NCBI RefSeq assembly: GCF_001194135.2
Contig: NC_068992.1
Coordinates: 31,697,545 to 31,761,544 of the forward strand
From: Octopus bimaculoides
Taxonomy: Eukaryota
Length of the DNA stretch: 64,000 bases
Reading direction: 5' to 3'
In this document: in pieces, positions 40,001 to 51,849 of the stretch
How the letters are laid out: every line of letters starts with the position of its first letter
How positions within the stretch are numbered: the first letter of the stretch is position 1
Made by a program: the position numbers and the translations under genes
Notes under the pieces: model-generated
The model's database searches: none
What the model was told of the DNA's origin: nothing
Seen by the model: only the letters and a program-made list of their open reading frames with translations

Positions 40001-41034
40001 CTCTAATTTTTTGTATAATTACATATTGTTAATATGACAATACATAAAAACGGGCTAGAGTTGAAGTGCTCACCTTGAACTAGAATTTACATTATAGTAA
40101 TTCTCCAATCGAGGTAAAAAGAACCATGTATTAGATCCATTTGTTTTTAGATGCATGTTGACATATTGTATTATGTCACTGTAACCTTTCATATTTTTGT
40201 TTTTCCTCTCTTTCTGTACAATGGACATCCTGATGTAGGGAGTGTCTAATTTCTTATACGAGTACTACACCATATTAATATACACATCTCAGAAATGGTC
40301 CATAGATGAATATTTCTAATATAACCTATGTATTTTACGGTTTGTTGATATAGTACATATACATATCCTTTTCTAACGTACATGTTTTTAATATAATACA
40401 TGTAAATATATAACATAATATCAAATTGTATCATATCGTATATATATTTACCCATTATATGTTGAATCATACTGTACGTTTATATATCGTAATGTATTAT
40501 CTTAAATTGTCAAATATTTTTATACAACTTGGAAACTATGCATTTTTATAAACATTTTTATATAAATATTTTAAACATTCATGATATTTCTGAAGTTTAT
40601 ATCGTTGTATGTGCCTGTATACTTTACTTTACCTTACCTTTTAGATATTTTAGAGACTTAAAACTATATATTTATTGATTCTAGAATGAATTGAACACAC
40701 ACACACAGATATTAAATCTTGCGTTGGATATACGGTATTGTTCCTGTGGTCTTCCACCCTTATGTATCCATTCTTACTATAATATATATATATATACATA
40801 AATATACGTACATACATATATATGTTTGTATGCATTTCACCCAATGTACATATCCTTACTTTACTTCATTGATTTATAAAACGTTTACTGAGTGAATATG
40901 ACACTTAATTCTAAACACCTATTCTTAAATTTAACCATGATTCTATCCGGATGTAGATGAAGAAACCGGATGCAAAGAAGAAGTGCATTAGAGCAAAAAC
41001 ATATATTAGACAGATATATGAACTTAATATACTG

Positions 41035-41220
41035 TGGGCACAAGGCCTGAAATGTGGGTGGAAAAGACTAATCAGTTACATCGTGCCCAGTGCTTCACTA
41101 GTACTTAATTTATCGATCCCAAAAGGATGAAAGGCAAAGAAAGTCGACCTGGATGGAATTTGAAATCAGAACTTAAGGACGGACGAAATTCCGCTTAGCA
41201 TTTTGTCCGGCACGCTAAAA
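41035..41220 (-). mobile_element. tRNA-derived SINE
   Basis: Reverse complement of the 13051 family (TTAGCGTGCCGGACAAAATGCTAAGCGG...GTCGAC...TTTCATCCTTTTGGGATCGATAAATTAAGTAC). Confidence 0.8.
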
Positions 41221-44200
41221 ATTTTGTAAGAAAAAGCTTTGTAGTTGAACCATTTTCCTTATTTATTTGAATTGCATATATATGCACGCGCACGCGCACA
41301 TACAATCATGTATGTATATGTGATATCATTCTGTAACTTTCCCACAACATGTTTTCTTCAATCTGGTAGCTTGCTGTTGCCTAACAATTATTTAATTATT
41401 TCACATATATTTATTTGAAATTCGCATGATTCAAATGCATAATGTACCAACGCGGATTAGAATAAACGGAATGTAATAGAAAACAATAAGCATTGATTTA
41501 CTCTCCTGCTCTAAATAACCATGCACTTTATTCTACGAGTGTAGAATATAGGGCGTATTAGATTTTCCGATTGATATGTGACAGGCATAATTCAACGAGT
41601 GAAAATATAGTTATAAAGAACACTGTTTCAATTCATTCACAAGGTTACGATATGATAGAGGAATTTGCATAACGCATTTTACACAGCTGTGACGAAATAA
41701 TGATTATCATGTTTTTCGTATAAATGTTTTGTTTCTTTTCGTAGAACAGTAACGGATATTTTCAGTTGAACTTCCTAATGAACTATGGTAGTGATCTCGT
41801 GTCGGCCTAATAGTTTACTTGCATGTTACTACGTATTATCATTCTAGACATAACATGTTTTTATTCAAGTATTTTCTTAATGGATACAGATTGGCTGCGT
41901 GCTGCATATATTATGTAGCCAGTGCAATTTTGCTTAAATAAGAAAACAATTTCATATAATTCACTTGTCATATGTCCTAGCATGATATGCATATAATAAA
42001 ATGCATGTATACAAATTTGAACATATCAACTTCCATTACAGCTCCCTGCTAAAGAAGTGCCTAAATTATTGAAGAAAAATCGCATTTAAAGTTAAGAAAT
42101 GCAAACGTAATATATTTTAACTTCTTAAGAAACACTTATTGTTGTGACTTACGAAGGGGACAAACTTATCATCTCATCCGGTGTATTAATTTAAATATGA
42201 TATGGACTGCATTGCCTTAGTTTCGCCATGCTAACGTGATTGATACTGATTATATTTTACTTTAATTTTGAGGAGCAACTTGATATGTTAATACACATCA
42301 ACACTTCATTTATGTATATTACGGTAATAAAGAATAAAATAGAAACTCGAAATGTGAAATAGAAATGTATTGAATAATTTGATATTTTCTTACAATCTAG
42401 CGTTTCTATACATATAGTTTTATATCAGTCAGAATATCTTGAATATCCAATAGAATTTTTTATCATTGTCTGCATTTAAAAGAATGCTTCATGACTCTAA
42501 TCCTCCTAGTAGTTTCCAGCTGAATTATATTTATTTGTAAATTAACATAATGACAATAATATTTTCTACGTATTTTAGAGACTATTCCCAGTATGTTGTG
42601 TAACAATACAAATACTCTCTTCAACGTAAGCTATCGGACTACTTGATATCAGTTTGAGTTTCTCATTACAGAAAAGGCTATACAGCGTAAAAACGGTCAT
42701 ATTTTATTTAAAATTATATATTTGAAAATGTGTTTAATATTTTCAAAATGATACCAATGGTCCTTATTAATATGGAGATATTAGGTTTTTCTATATATGC
42801 CATTATTTAAGATATTTCGTTTCTTATATGTATGTATCACAAGCTTTATGTAACACAATATTATCTGTGTGTTTCATAGATTATTAATTCCCATGCAGTG
42901 TGAGAGAATTTTCTTTATATTAAACATGTACAATAGATGTCATTAACAATTACATATACTCGTTTCTTTTCATGGTTGAAAAGGGGCCACATGAGACGTA
43001 AACAGTAATTTTATTTTTATATTGCCCTTTTGTAATATATTCACTAATAATTAAGCAATAATATTCTTAAATATATTTTCCGTAGTATGGAATTAGTCTT
43101 TTTTTTTAACTCCTTGAGAAATGTTGGTCCGTATTTATTTTGCGTTCAAAGGTCAATTATTCTACATGCGTTTTCTATTTCGCTGCCTAACGGATATACT
43201 ATCACGAGATTTTAGTTTTAGAATTTCTTTACAGGTTGGTGGACTTTGGAAGTCCACCAAGTGGTGGATACATGCATTTGGCAGTGGATGGCGGACATAA
43301 TATCTGATAATCAATTATAAAGGCAAGAAACCGGCAGAGCAGTACGGTAGAGGATATAGTGCCTTAAGAAATTTACGGAGTGCGGATAGGAGACTGATAT
43401 CTACAAGGGCACTAACAATACTTGGAATTACATCATTAATGGAAATTGAGTAACGTGAAAAAAAAAAAACTGAATTCAAGATAAGTTTTCTGATCTGTTG
43501 AGACAATGTGTCATATGAAGCCAGTTGTCGATAGCTGTACCTGTTAAGTGCTTCGGAATGCCTTTATCTATTTAAAGTCTGACTCAGGTTTAAGAGTCCT
43601 GGTTTCGAATTAAACGCAAGCCTGCTATCGAATTAAATGCAACATAATAGAAGACAAAAAGCTCTTAATCTTAACACTTCCTATATATTTCAACAATGAA
43701 TGTGTAGAACATTGAAAAAAATTTAACTAGAAAACACATAATCAGATACAGAGATGAAATACATTATGCCACATGTATGAAGAAGTATATCAAGCTTCTA
43801 TTACATTAACTATGAGAAAATGAAGTAAAAGACTTTGAAACTGTGATGTCCATTTAATGAATACTTTTGAGGAGAGGACTTCCTTCTCCTCCTCATCTTC
43901 ATTTACCTGCTGTTAAATATGTAACGTTATATTTAAGAAAAAGAAAATCACTACGATTATTTTGAGGCTAAACTAATGGAAGTATATGATATGCTGACCA
44001 ACGCAATTAAGATTCTCCTGAGATAATAAGGCGTATATGACAGGTTTTATCAAACAATATAAGTTGATGTGCATTCAAAATGTCACACTTTTAGAATCCA
44101 TAACATAATACACAGTATAATGACGAAACATCTGCACTTATGTATGCCTATGTGTATAATAGCATATGTTTGCATGAGTGTTTGTATGTGCGCCAGATGT

Positions 44201-45484
44201 CATCCAATTCGTCTGTTTTAAGGGATTAATGAGTATATATTCGGTGATGTCACGGCTGCGTCACTAGTAGTTTTCCTTGTTTAGTGTTGGCTTTCCGCAG
44301 TCATAGATTTGGTAAAAGATAGCTCACACGTAGCACTGAAAACATAAACTATAGAATATAAACGAATAATAAACAAACGAGTGTGCATTTCACAGTTAAG
44401 CATTTCATATGTAGAGGAGGGTTTGTTCAGTACTGCTTCATAGCTAACATATAAATTATGCACTGCGAAATCACTGATGAGTAAATAATTCATTCTTAAT
44501 AATTTCCTGGAATTCATGGATTTTAACAATAGAAAAATATATATATTCAAGTTGTAAAATATATGTTTAGCACCAAGCGAAGTCATCGTAGCTTGCATTA
44601 ATGTTACACGATTGGAAAGTGTAACCGCTCATCATTCGGCAATTGTCTGAAATACAGCTATGGAAAATAGATATAGAATAAACATGATTATATAATTTTC
44701 ATGGAAAGCTATTTCAAAAATAAAGGAGTATAAATATCCAGGGTGTGGAGGAGTAGCGTTCACATACTGGATAATAACAGAAATATATGACATTTAATAG
44801 TAATAACGTATTGATCAAAACATAGATTATCAGAGTAAGTGTGTGGTTAACGTCTTTTGAAACAGAGAGGTTACGAATAAGAGCAAATGGCGAATGGATA
44901 GCGTAGAGGATTGGTAGAATAAAATATCGAATAAAAAAGATGAAATGTCTGAGCAAACTAGGTTGACATAGAATTTGAAAATTTGAAACTAGAAAATACT
45001 AAGCATTTGATGGAATAACATACTGTTCGTTTAACTATGGACAAACCAGTAAGTCGTTAATATTGCAAAGACGAAAACCGATATATTTATTTTGATGGGA
45101 TTAAATAAAATACGTTATAATAAAGAAACGAAATAAATACATCACACTTTCTGGGTTGTTTGGACCGCAAGAACTAATGTTACATTATATAACAAAATTG
45201 ATGAATATATATTGTTAATATGTATTTCTTCTGGACTTAATTTCAGATACAGAAGCAGACCTGTTATGCATTCTGTTAACTGTACTACTACCGTTCACAG
45301 TGAAGCATTCATATACCATTGGCGAACCTTTTACTCTTCTGACTAACCTGTAGAGTTTCATGAATAATTTATTACTCTAAATCTATCTCCCGGGAGGTGT
45401 CACGGATAAAATACCGTCTCAAATATTGGCGTCTACTGAATATACGCATTTAATTTATAAATCTAACATTATTGAATATTTTCT

Positions 45485-45630
45485 GGGCTCAATTTTCGCC
45501 GAGATCGACAGTTGTTTTCATTCTTTTGCGGTCGATGAAATAATAACCAGTTGAACAAAGGTATGGATGTATTCGACTTAACCGATCCACCGAAGTTGCT
45601 GCAGGTCTACCAAAATTTGAAAGCAATATA
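45485..45630 (+). mobile_element. Older SINE relic
   Basis: TTTCGCCGAGATCGAC...TTTCATTCTTTTGCGGTCGATGAAATAATAACCAG aligns to the SINE core at 13130-13190. Confidence 0.6.
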
Positions 45631-47345
45631 TAAAGTTTCAGATTATCAAATACACTGGTAGTCACAAACCTGTTGTTTGAAAGGTCGTATATTGTTTTTA
45701 GTATACTTGGATTGGAATTTTCATTTGTATTCTTTTTACATTAGAACAATAGTACGCATGTGGATTAAACTAATAAGGAAAACTGAAAGTTAGACTTAAA
45801 AAAAAAACACGTCTTCCCATTGAATGATGTGAACAAAATATTGAGGCATTTATTCAAAACTGTTTACTCTTTGATGTACAGTCGAAACTCTCGAATCTTA
45901 CCTAACTTAAATAATTCTAGAAAGGATTGTCATCTATAAGAAACTTGAGCACAAGGGATAAGATCATATGTTCGAACTGCTCTAGTTGCGTTTTTTTTTA
46001 ATATCCACTAAACATGGGCAACATTACTCGCGTTGAAATAGAATTTTAAAAAAATATCTATTGTAACTCATCTCTCCGGATACAACAATATGAAATACCA
46101 GTTCACTACTTCTATCTGCAGTCATAAGAGTATACAAAACCGGCTTGTAAATTTTTTCGTAGAGATCATTGTAATTGAATCTATATAATGAGAGCTTTTG
46201 AAAGACTTGATCTTAAATTATTAGCCTGCTGTTAATAAACTCTATCCGTTCTCTCTCTGGCTCTCACTCTCCATCAGGCTATCTATCTGTCTATGTATCT
46301 CTGCCTCTCTCATTCTTTCTTTCTTTCTTATTGGTGAACAATTGACGATCTGACACGAAAAAACTGAAAATCGGGAACGCCTTTCAAATAAACACTTTTC
46401 TATTTATATGGCATGTCTAATATCATAAGATACAGAAGTTTGCGAAGTTTAGCTTGCCTCAAATTAATAAGTGCGGGTGATTCTAGAAAGGGATGAAATA
46501 GCTGTAAACATAGCTATCAACAAGAAACTACAATCTTATAGATTGTAGTAAAAAATATAAATGCTATCACTCCATAAAACATCCTTGCTCTTTGATGAAC
46601 ATTCCAGTCATTTTAGTTCATATCACATCGATTTAACTTAAGATAGGAATTGCGTGCACTATGATACTTGATCACCAGGATTATACCATATGATTATACT
46701 AATACCAAAGTTTTGGTAAAAGGAAAATATATTTCAAATATAAAGTAGCAAGAAGATGTGAGCACTTACTGATTTTCTTATCTATGAATCTTCCCAATTC
46801 AAAATTCTTAATTATTGCTTCAATAAAAGCGATCCATATGTGCACTGAAGACCATAGAGAGAAAACAGCATAAAATCTATTCCTAAATCGGTTCAGAGAC
46901 CATTAATAAAATAACATACTGTTACGTATGGAATTGTAAGTACCTGATGCTTATATAAATGGACTTGTTTGAAAACTATTTATAAACTGCCTACAGGTTC
47001 CTATCGAGACATAGGTACAGAAGAGAGACGAATGTTTATTTTTTTCATTCAACACATTATTTGTGTACCTAATACACGCACATTAGATATAAAGAATATA
47101 TTTTAAATGCAAAACGCTTTGAAAAAAGAAGCATCTTTGAATTTGCATAAATCTAAAAATGAATTGTACGAGAAATAAATGCAAAAAAGACAAGTAAAAT
47201 AAATGAATTTGTTTCTGAAGTAAATCATTATATATACATGTGTGTAATATAGGATGTCCGTGCAACATGCCAGGTCCTCCAAAAGAATCAAATTTAAATG
47301 AATAATAAAGATAATAATTCAAAAATTGAACGATGTGAACATCAG

Positions 47346-47388
<43 letters not shown>

Positions 47389-47410
47389 CAGTAGCAGCTC
47401 GGTTTTCGAA

Positions 47411-49164
47411 AAGCTTGTTTATTTATTGCCCACACTGGGCCAACGTAGAGGCGACACTACAGCCTGATTTGGGGTCAGACACAAAATGACGTTTAAAAAA
47501 TTACAATATCGAATGGAAAATCGGATAGAAACACAAATTACAAAACAAATTGACAAACATAAAAACGAGGCAAGACAACAGGTTTTAGCTCCGACCCCAC
47601 GAGCCCTGTTCCACTACCGACACCTTTTGGTAATCCTTATGACATGTTTACGCAGTGTCTTTCACACATAACATTCGTGCTACACGTGTCCATCTGTCTT
47701 TGTACGTTCTCGCTGACAGGCATCCCCTCTCTAGCCCCCTTTCATTTTCAGGTGAAAAATCTCACCAAAGTGAGGCCAGAGATGAAGCTGCTTGTCACCA
47801 ATCCTTTCATTCTCGACCTCTATATCACCTCTTTCGTGATTGTTACGACGACGAGAAACCAATTCTTACCTTCTTTCATAAGGAAATCCGTGACTCAGAC
47901 GACAGCTGTACTACTCTTGCATCTAACAGAGGTGTTCTGCAAAAACCTACACTTCTCACACTTCCGGACACTGAAAAATCGCGTCCAGAATGTTTTCGCT
48001 GTCCTGCTTGCATCTTGCACAGGCCGATGAGCCGGGATGGCTTTGTCTAGTGGGCTTATTCCGAACGGCTAAGGCTCCTTGGTAGCACAGCTAGGCCAGA
48101 GACTTTTGGAAGTTATCCAGTGTCTTCTGCCCGAATGTCCTTTGAAACAGACTATCTAACTGATTATTATCGAGACCCAGGGTCTGCCCAAGGGTGTTGT
48201 CACATCCAGCCTCTACCGACCTGCTATAAAAAATGAGGTTGTACCATAACTGCTGGCATTGCCCGTGTAATGGCACACCATATACCAAGTACCAAACCTC
48301 GAACTTCGACGAAACTAGCTTTTACGTCCACCAAAACTAATGAACCTGGGAAACAACCGTTTCACGAGCGGAGACCACACCTGTTCACCATCAAGTTAAA
48401 GCCATAGTTACCTCAACCTCAACACCTGTTTGCGCATCAACAGCCACAGCATCCTTAGTCCACCCTTTAACGGTTTTTGACAGCAGGTAGAACATCTCAC
48501 AAGTGGAGTCAAGCCCTTCCACAAGAAGTAGATCTATCTCTCCAAATTGCTCAATCACGAATCTGGACTAGGAACGACGGTTACGCAGTAAATGATGACA
48601 GATACGGTGAACACATTGGCCACCTCCACCCTCCCATTCAATGATAGCCATTATTTTATGGTCTTCCTGCATTTCTGTTAATTTTTTTTTTAACCTTTCC
48701 TCCCGCTGCTGCTGCGAAATCTACCTTTCTTGAGGTCTCTTCATTGCCAGGATTGCTACCCCAATATTTCTTATACTGTGCAGTTTTTCTAGTGAGTTTT
48801 CTCTTTTGTTTCCTTACAACTAGTGTACGTCTTTCTTGTGAGTCGTCTTCCGACAGACACAACTCTGGAGTATTTAGGTTTTCCATTTTCAAAAAATGGC
48901 GCAAACAATATTTTTCAAAGCAGTTTTTTGGCTTACGCCGCACAAAAATATTCTGCTTCCACAGAAAAAGAATACTTATTTCCCCGCGCGGGGTAATTTC
49001 CAATAACTTACTTTTAAACAAAGCAACAACCAGTCTGTTTTTTTTCTTTGTTTTTTTTTACAATTCAACAATTCTCCTAACAATGAACAACAAACTTCCT
49101 CCTTGCACAACTCAACAGCCATACAGTAAATAATTCACATAGAAGGACGAGACAAACTAGTAAC
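47411..49164 (-). mobile_element. Internally deleted Tx1-clade LINE (element B): 5' UTR and ORF1-like start fused to the post-RT part of ORF2 and the 3' UTR
   Basis: WLSLNGRVEVANVF...KPLKGGL...ACARCKQDSENILDAIFQC is homologous to 33200-34150; no endonuclease or RT; bounded by GGTTTTCGAA on both sides. Confidence 0.85.
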
Positions 49165-49174
49165 GGTTTTCGAA

Positions 49175-50677
49175 CAACTCATTCTTTTTTATTCTCCAGA
49201 GTGGGCTATATAAAGACTTGTTTTACAGCACAAATATAAAATCGGGGAATTAAATACACAAGTAGGAAATCGAGTAAAGAAGATAAAATAAAAGAAACGA
49301 ATGAAAGTATGAAAAGTGATATAATGAAACGCAATTCTCACTTTACCTCCCATGTCGAGTGGTTACATCTACAGACGTTCACATTTTTTCCATTTTTTTA
49401 AAAGAAAATGTTCAAATTTTTATCATCTTTTTTTAAAATTGTTCATGTTATATTTAATATTCCATGTCTGAAGTTTTAAAACTTTGAAAGTGCCAGCACA
49501 GGCGGCATTGCATTAAACAACACCGGCCCGATAGTCATCGTAACCAATCTACGATAAGAACTTTAAAACAATGTCGTACCTTTCGTCGTTTAACAGCACA
49601 CATCTCTCATTTTCCCCGAACTTCTCTTTGGGCAGTTTCACCCTTATAAAATCCTTCCACTTAGATATATGTTTCTCCACCACTACACACTTCTTGTAAT
49701 AAATCATGAATCCCTTATTCTTGTAATCCTCCTCCTCTTCCGGTTACTTCTCTACTTCCCGCGCAAGCTTAGACGGCTCTTCATTTCTTTTGGTACTCTT
49801 CTCAACTTCTACTGCCGATCCTTGTGAGTGTTCTCTAGATCTTCCTATTTTTTCTTCTTTTGGGGCTGACAAACTCGTTACTTCCCCTCCTTTGCCGCTT
49901 TTTTTCTACCTTCCTTCTCTTTTGTTTTACTTCGTTTCAGTTTCTTCCTCCATCTTCATTTTTCGTTCTTTATCTTCTACCTTATCACCCTCCTTCGTAT
50001 GCTCACTCTGCGTATACTCGTACATGGAGCATTTTGTCTTCATATGATCCCTCACACCACAAATGTAGCAATCGGGTCTATGTCCTTCCACAATCACCTA
50101 CAGAGAACTCTCCCCAACAAACTCAATCTGGTAGGTAACCCTTTCTGTATCTTCAAATGTGGCAAAAAGCCGCATCCTCATCAGTTCAGCATATTTGACC
50201 TTCCTACAGGTCTAAGTTCCAGCTTGTCCTCAGTGGAAGCCAGAAGAGCTGACACCAGCAACTCTGTTTTAATTTCGGGTGGCACTCTCACTACCCTGAT
50301 CCAAACACTGCGCCTTCCCCTATACGTGGGTAGCAGCGTCACCTTGTCCGACCACAGGATGGTGGTGGAGCGTGAGGCCGCCTCCTCGTTGGTGGCAAAT
50401 CTCACCTCTACAGTGTCATACCTCCTCCCTCTGCTAACAAATGTCGCATTCTTCATTCTGTCTCGTACATATTCCTCAACATCTTCGCCAGACAGCTTCT
50501 CCATTTTGTTTGTGGAGATCGCTTGTGTGGAGAAAAGAGTACTTAACAATAACAGCAGCAAATAACAATACGCACAAGTCAATTCGACAGTAACAATAAC
50601 AGTAATAGCAACAGCAAGTCGCAAAGACACAACGTTCCTTTATCGCACCATGGTCAAAAATTACTAACTCCTCACTT
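49175..50677 (-). mobile_element. ORF1-only non-autonomous Tx1-like retroelement (element A, about 1.5 kb)
   Basis: 5' UTR, interrupted ORF1, about 340-nt 3' UTR, and tail AGCCCACTCTGGAGAATAAAAAGAAT ending near 49180; bounded by GGTTTTCGAA. Confidence 0.75.
49520..50504 (-). pseudogene. Tx1/L1-type ORF1 with a CCHC zinc knuckle (stops and frameshifts)
   Basis: MEKLSGEDVEEYVRDRMKNATFVSRGRRYDTVEVRF...PTYRGRRSVWIRVVRVPPEI; CYICGVRDHMKTKC (CX2CX4HX4C) at 50070-50029. Confidence 0.85.
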
Positions 50678-50845
50678 GGTTTTCGAACGCCTCTAATCAC
50701 GAGTAAATCGTGCTTTTCACACACACCATATATGTGTGTGGTATATATATATATACATAAATAAAGCACGATTTATTCGTGATCAGAGGCGTCGGAAGCC
50801 GAGGTGCTACTGTATTAAATGAATATTGAGAAAGACAGGGGGATA

Positions 50846-50893
50846 AAGTACGATTAATTCGTGATGAGAGTTGTTCGAAAACCGAGATTCTAC
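50846..50893 (+). repeat. Third, orphan copy of the MITE terminal repeat
   Basis: GTACGATTAATTCGTGATGAGAGTTGTTCGAAAACCGAGATTCTACT aligns to 50766-50811. Confidence 0.75.
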
Positions 50894-50915
50894 TCTCTCT
50901 CTCTCTCTCTCTCTC

Positions 50916-50961
<46 letters not shown>

Positions 50962-51314
50962 GTTTTCTATCAGTAATTAGAAATAGGACAAGGTGAATTG
51001 GTTCTTTTCATGGCCAAGGTCAGCGCACTCATTGATCGCTAGTAGTAGTAAACACATTTGACCTCTGCTGACTCCAATGGTGTGAGGCGGCTTTTGTTTC
51101 TTCTGCCACATTATCGCACAGGAATAACCATTTCTGATCGCTTCACCATCTGCCGAATATATCTACAGAGCTGTTGAATTTAATCTCGTCACCAAGTTGT
51201 ATCGCTTGCTAATACTATTCCCTTAAACACTCACATATTTATGATCATCTCAAGCACATGTGAAAAGTTGAAACTAAACAACAATCAATAATGCTTTTTA
51301 ATAATAAATGGAAA

Positions 51315-51625
51315 TAATAATAATAATAATAAATTCGTTTTATTGGCCACAAGGGCTAATATCAATTAAAAACATATAAGGACAAAGACAGGACGAAGGT
51401 TACAAAAGGTTTTGTCCGAAAAGGTAGGAAAGTTCGTCTAAACAGAGGAAGAAAACGGAGAAAGATATAATGAATAAATAGATAAATAAATAGATAAATA
51501 AATAAGTAGAAATCCCCGAAGGGGGAGGCGCTTCGAAAAAGTAAAGGTTACACGTGGAAAAACCCATAAAACCACGGGTGCCTGGTCAGAAAAAAAAATA
51601 AGAAAGGGGTATAGAGCCCTTTCTC
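51315..51625 (-). mobile_element. LINE-type 3' UTR fragment with a (TTA)n tail
   Basis: Ends AGCCCTTGTGGCCAATAAAACGAAT-(TTA)n; a near-identical 90-bp copy lies at 55715-55804. Confidence 0.65.
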
Positions 51626-51849
51626 CTTTTACATTACCTTCTTTTTTTTTCAATAATGATGGTAATAATGATAATAGCAATAATTTAACCAAACTCATGT
51701 CGGATCAGAGAAAATATTAACGATGACAAATGGTAGTAAATAAATGAAAATAATAATATCGGTGATGATGATGACGATGATGATGATGTGGATAATGATT
51801 GGAAACGGTTTGAATCACCCTATGCTATTATTGATAATATATCTAGTGA

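Larger units (their letters stand above)
47387..50814. mobile_element. pogo/Tigger-like MITE (about 150 bp when empty), split by two retroelement insertions
   Basis: Left TIR rebuilt from 47389-47410 plus 50688-50716 (CAGTAGCAGCTCGGTTTTCGAACGCCTCTAATCACGAGTAAATCGTGCTTT) matches the reverse complement of 50763-50812 with 5 substitutions and 1 indel; TA flanks both ends (47387-47388, 50813-50814). Confidence 0.9.

Noticed and set aside
50673-50806. Long inverted repeat as a miRNA or structured RNA
   Set aside because: It is explained by the two TIRs of the MITE.
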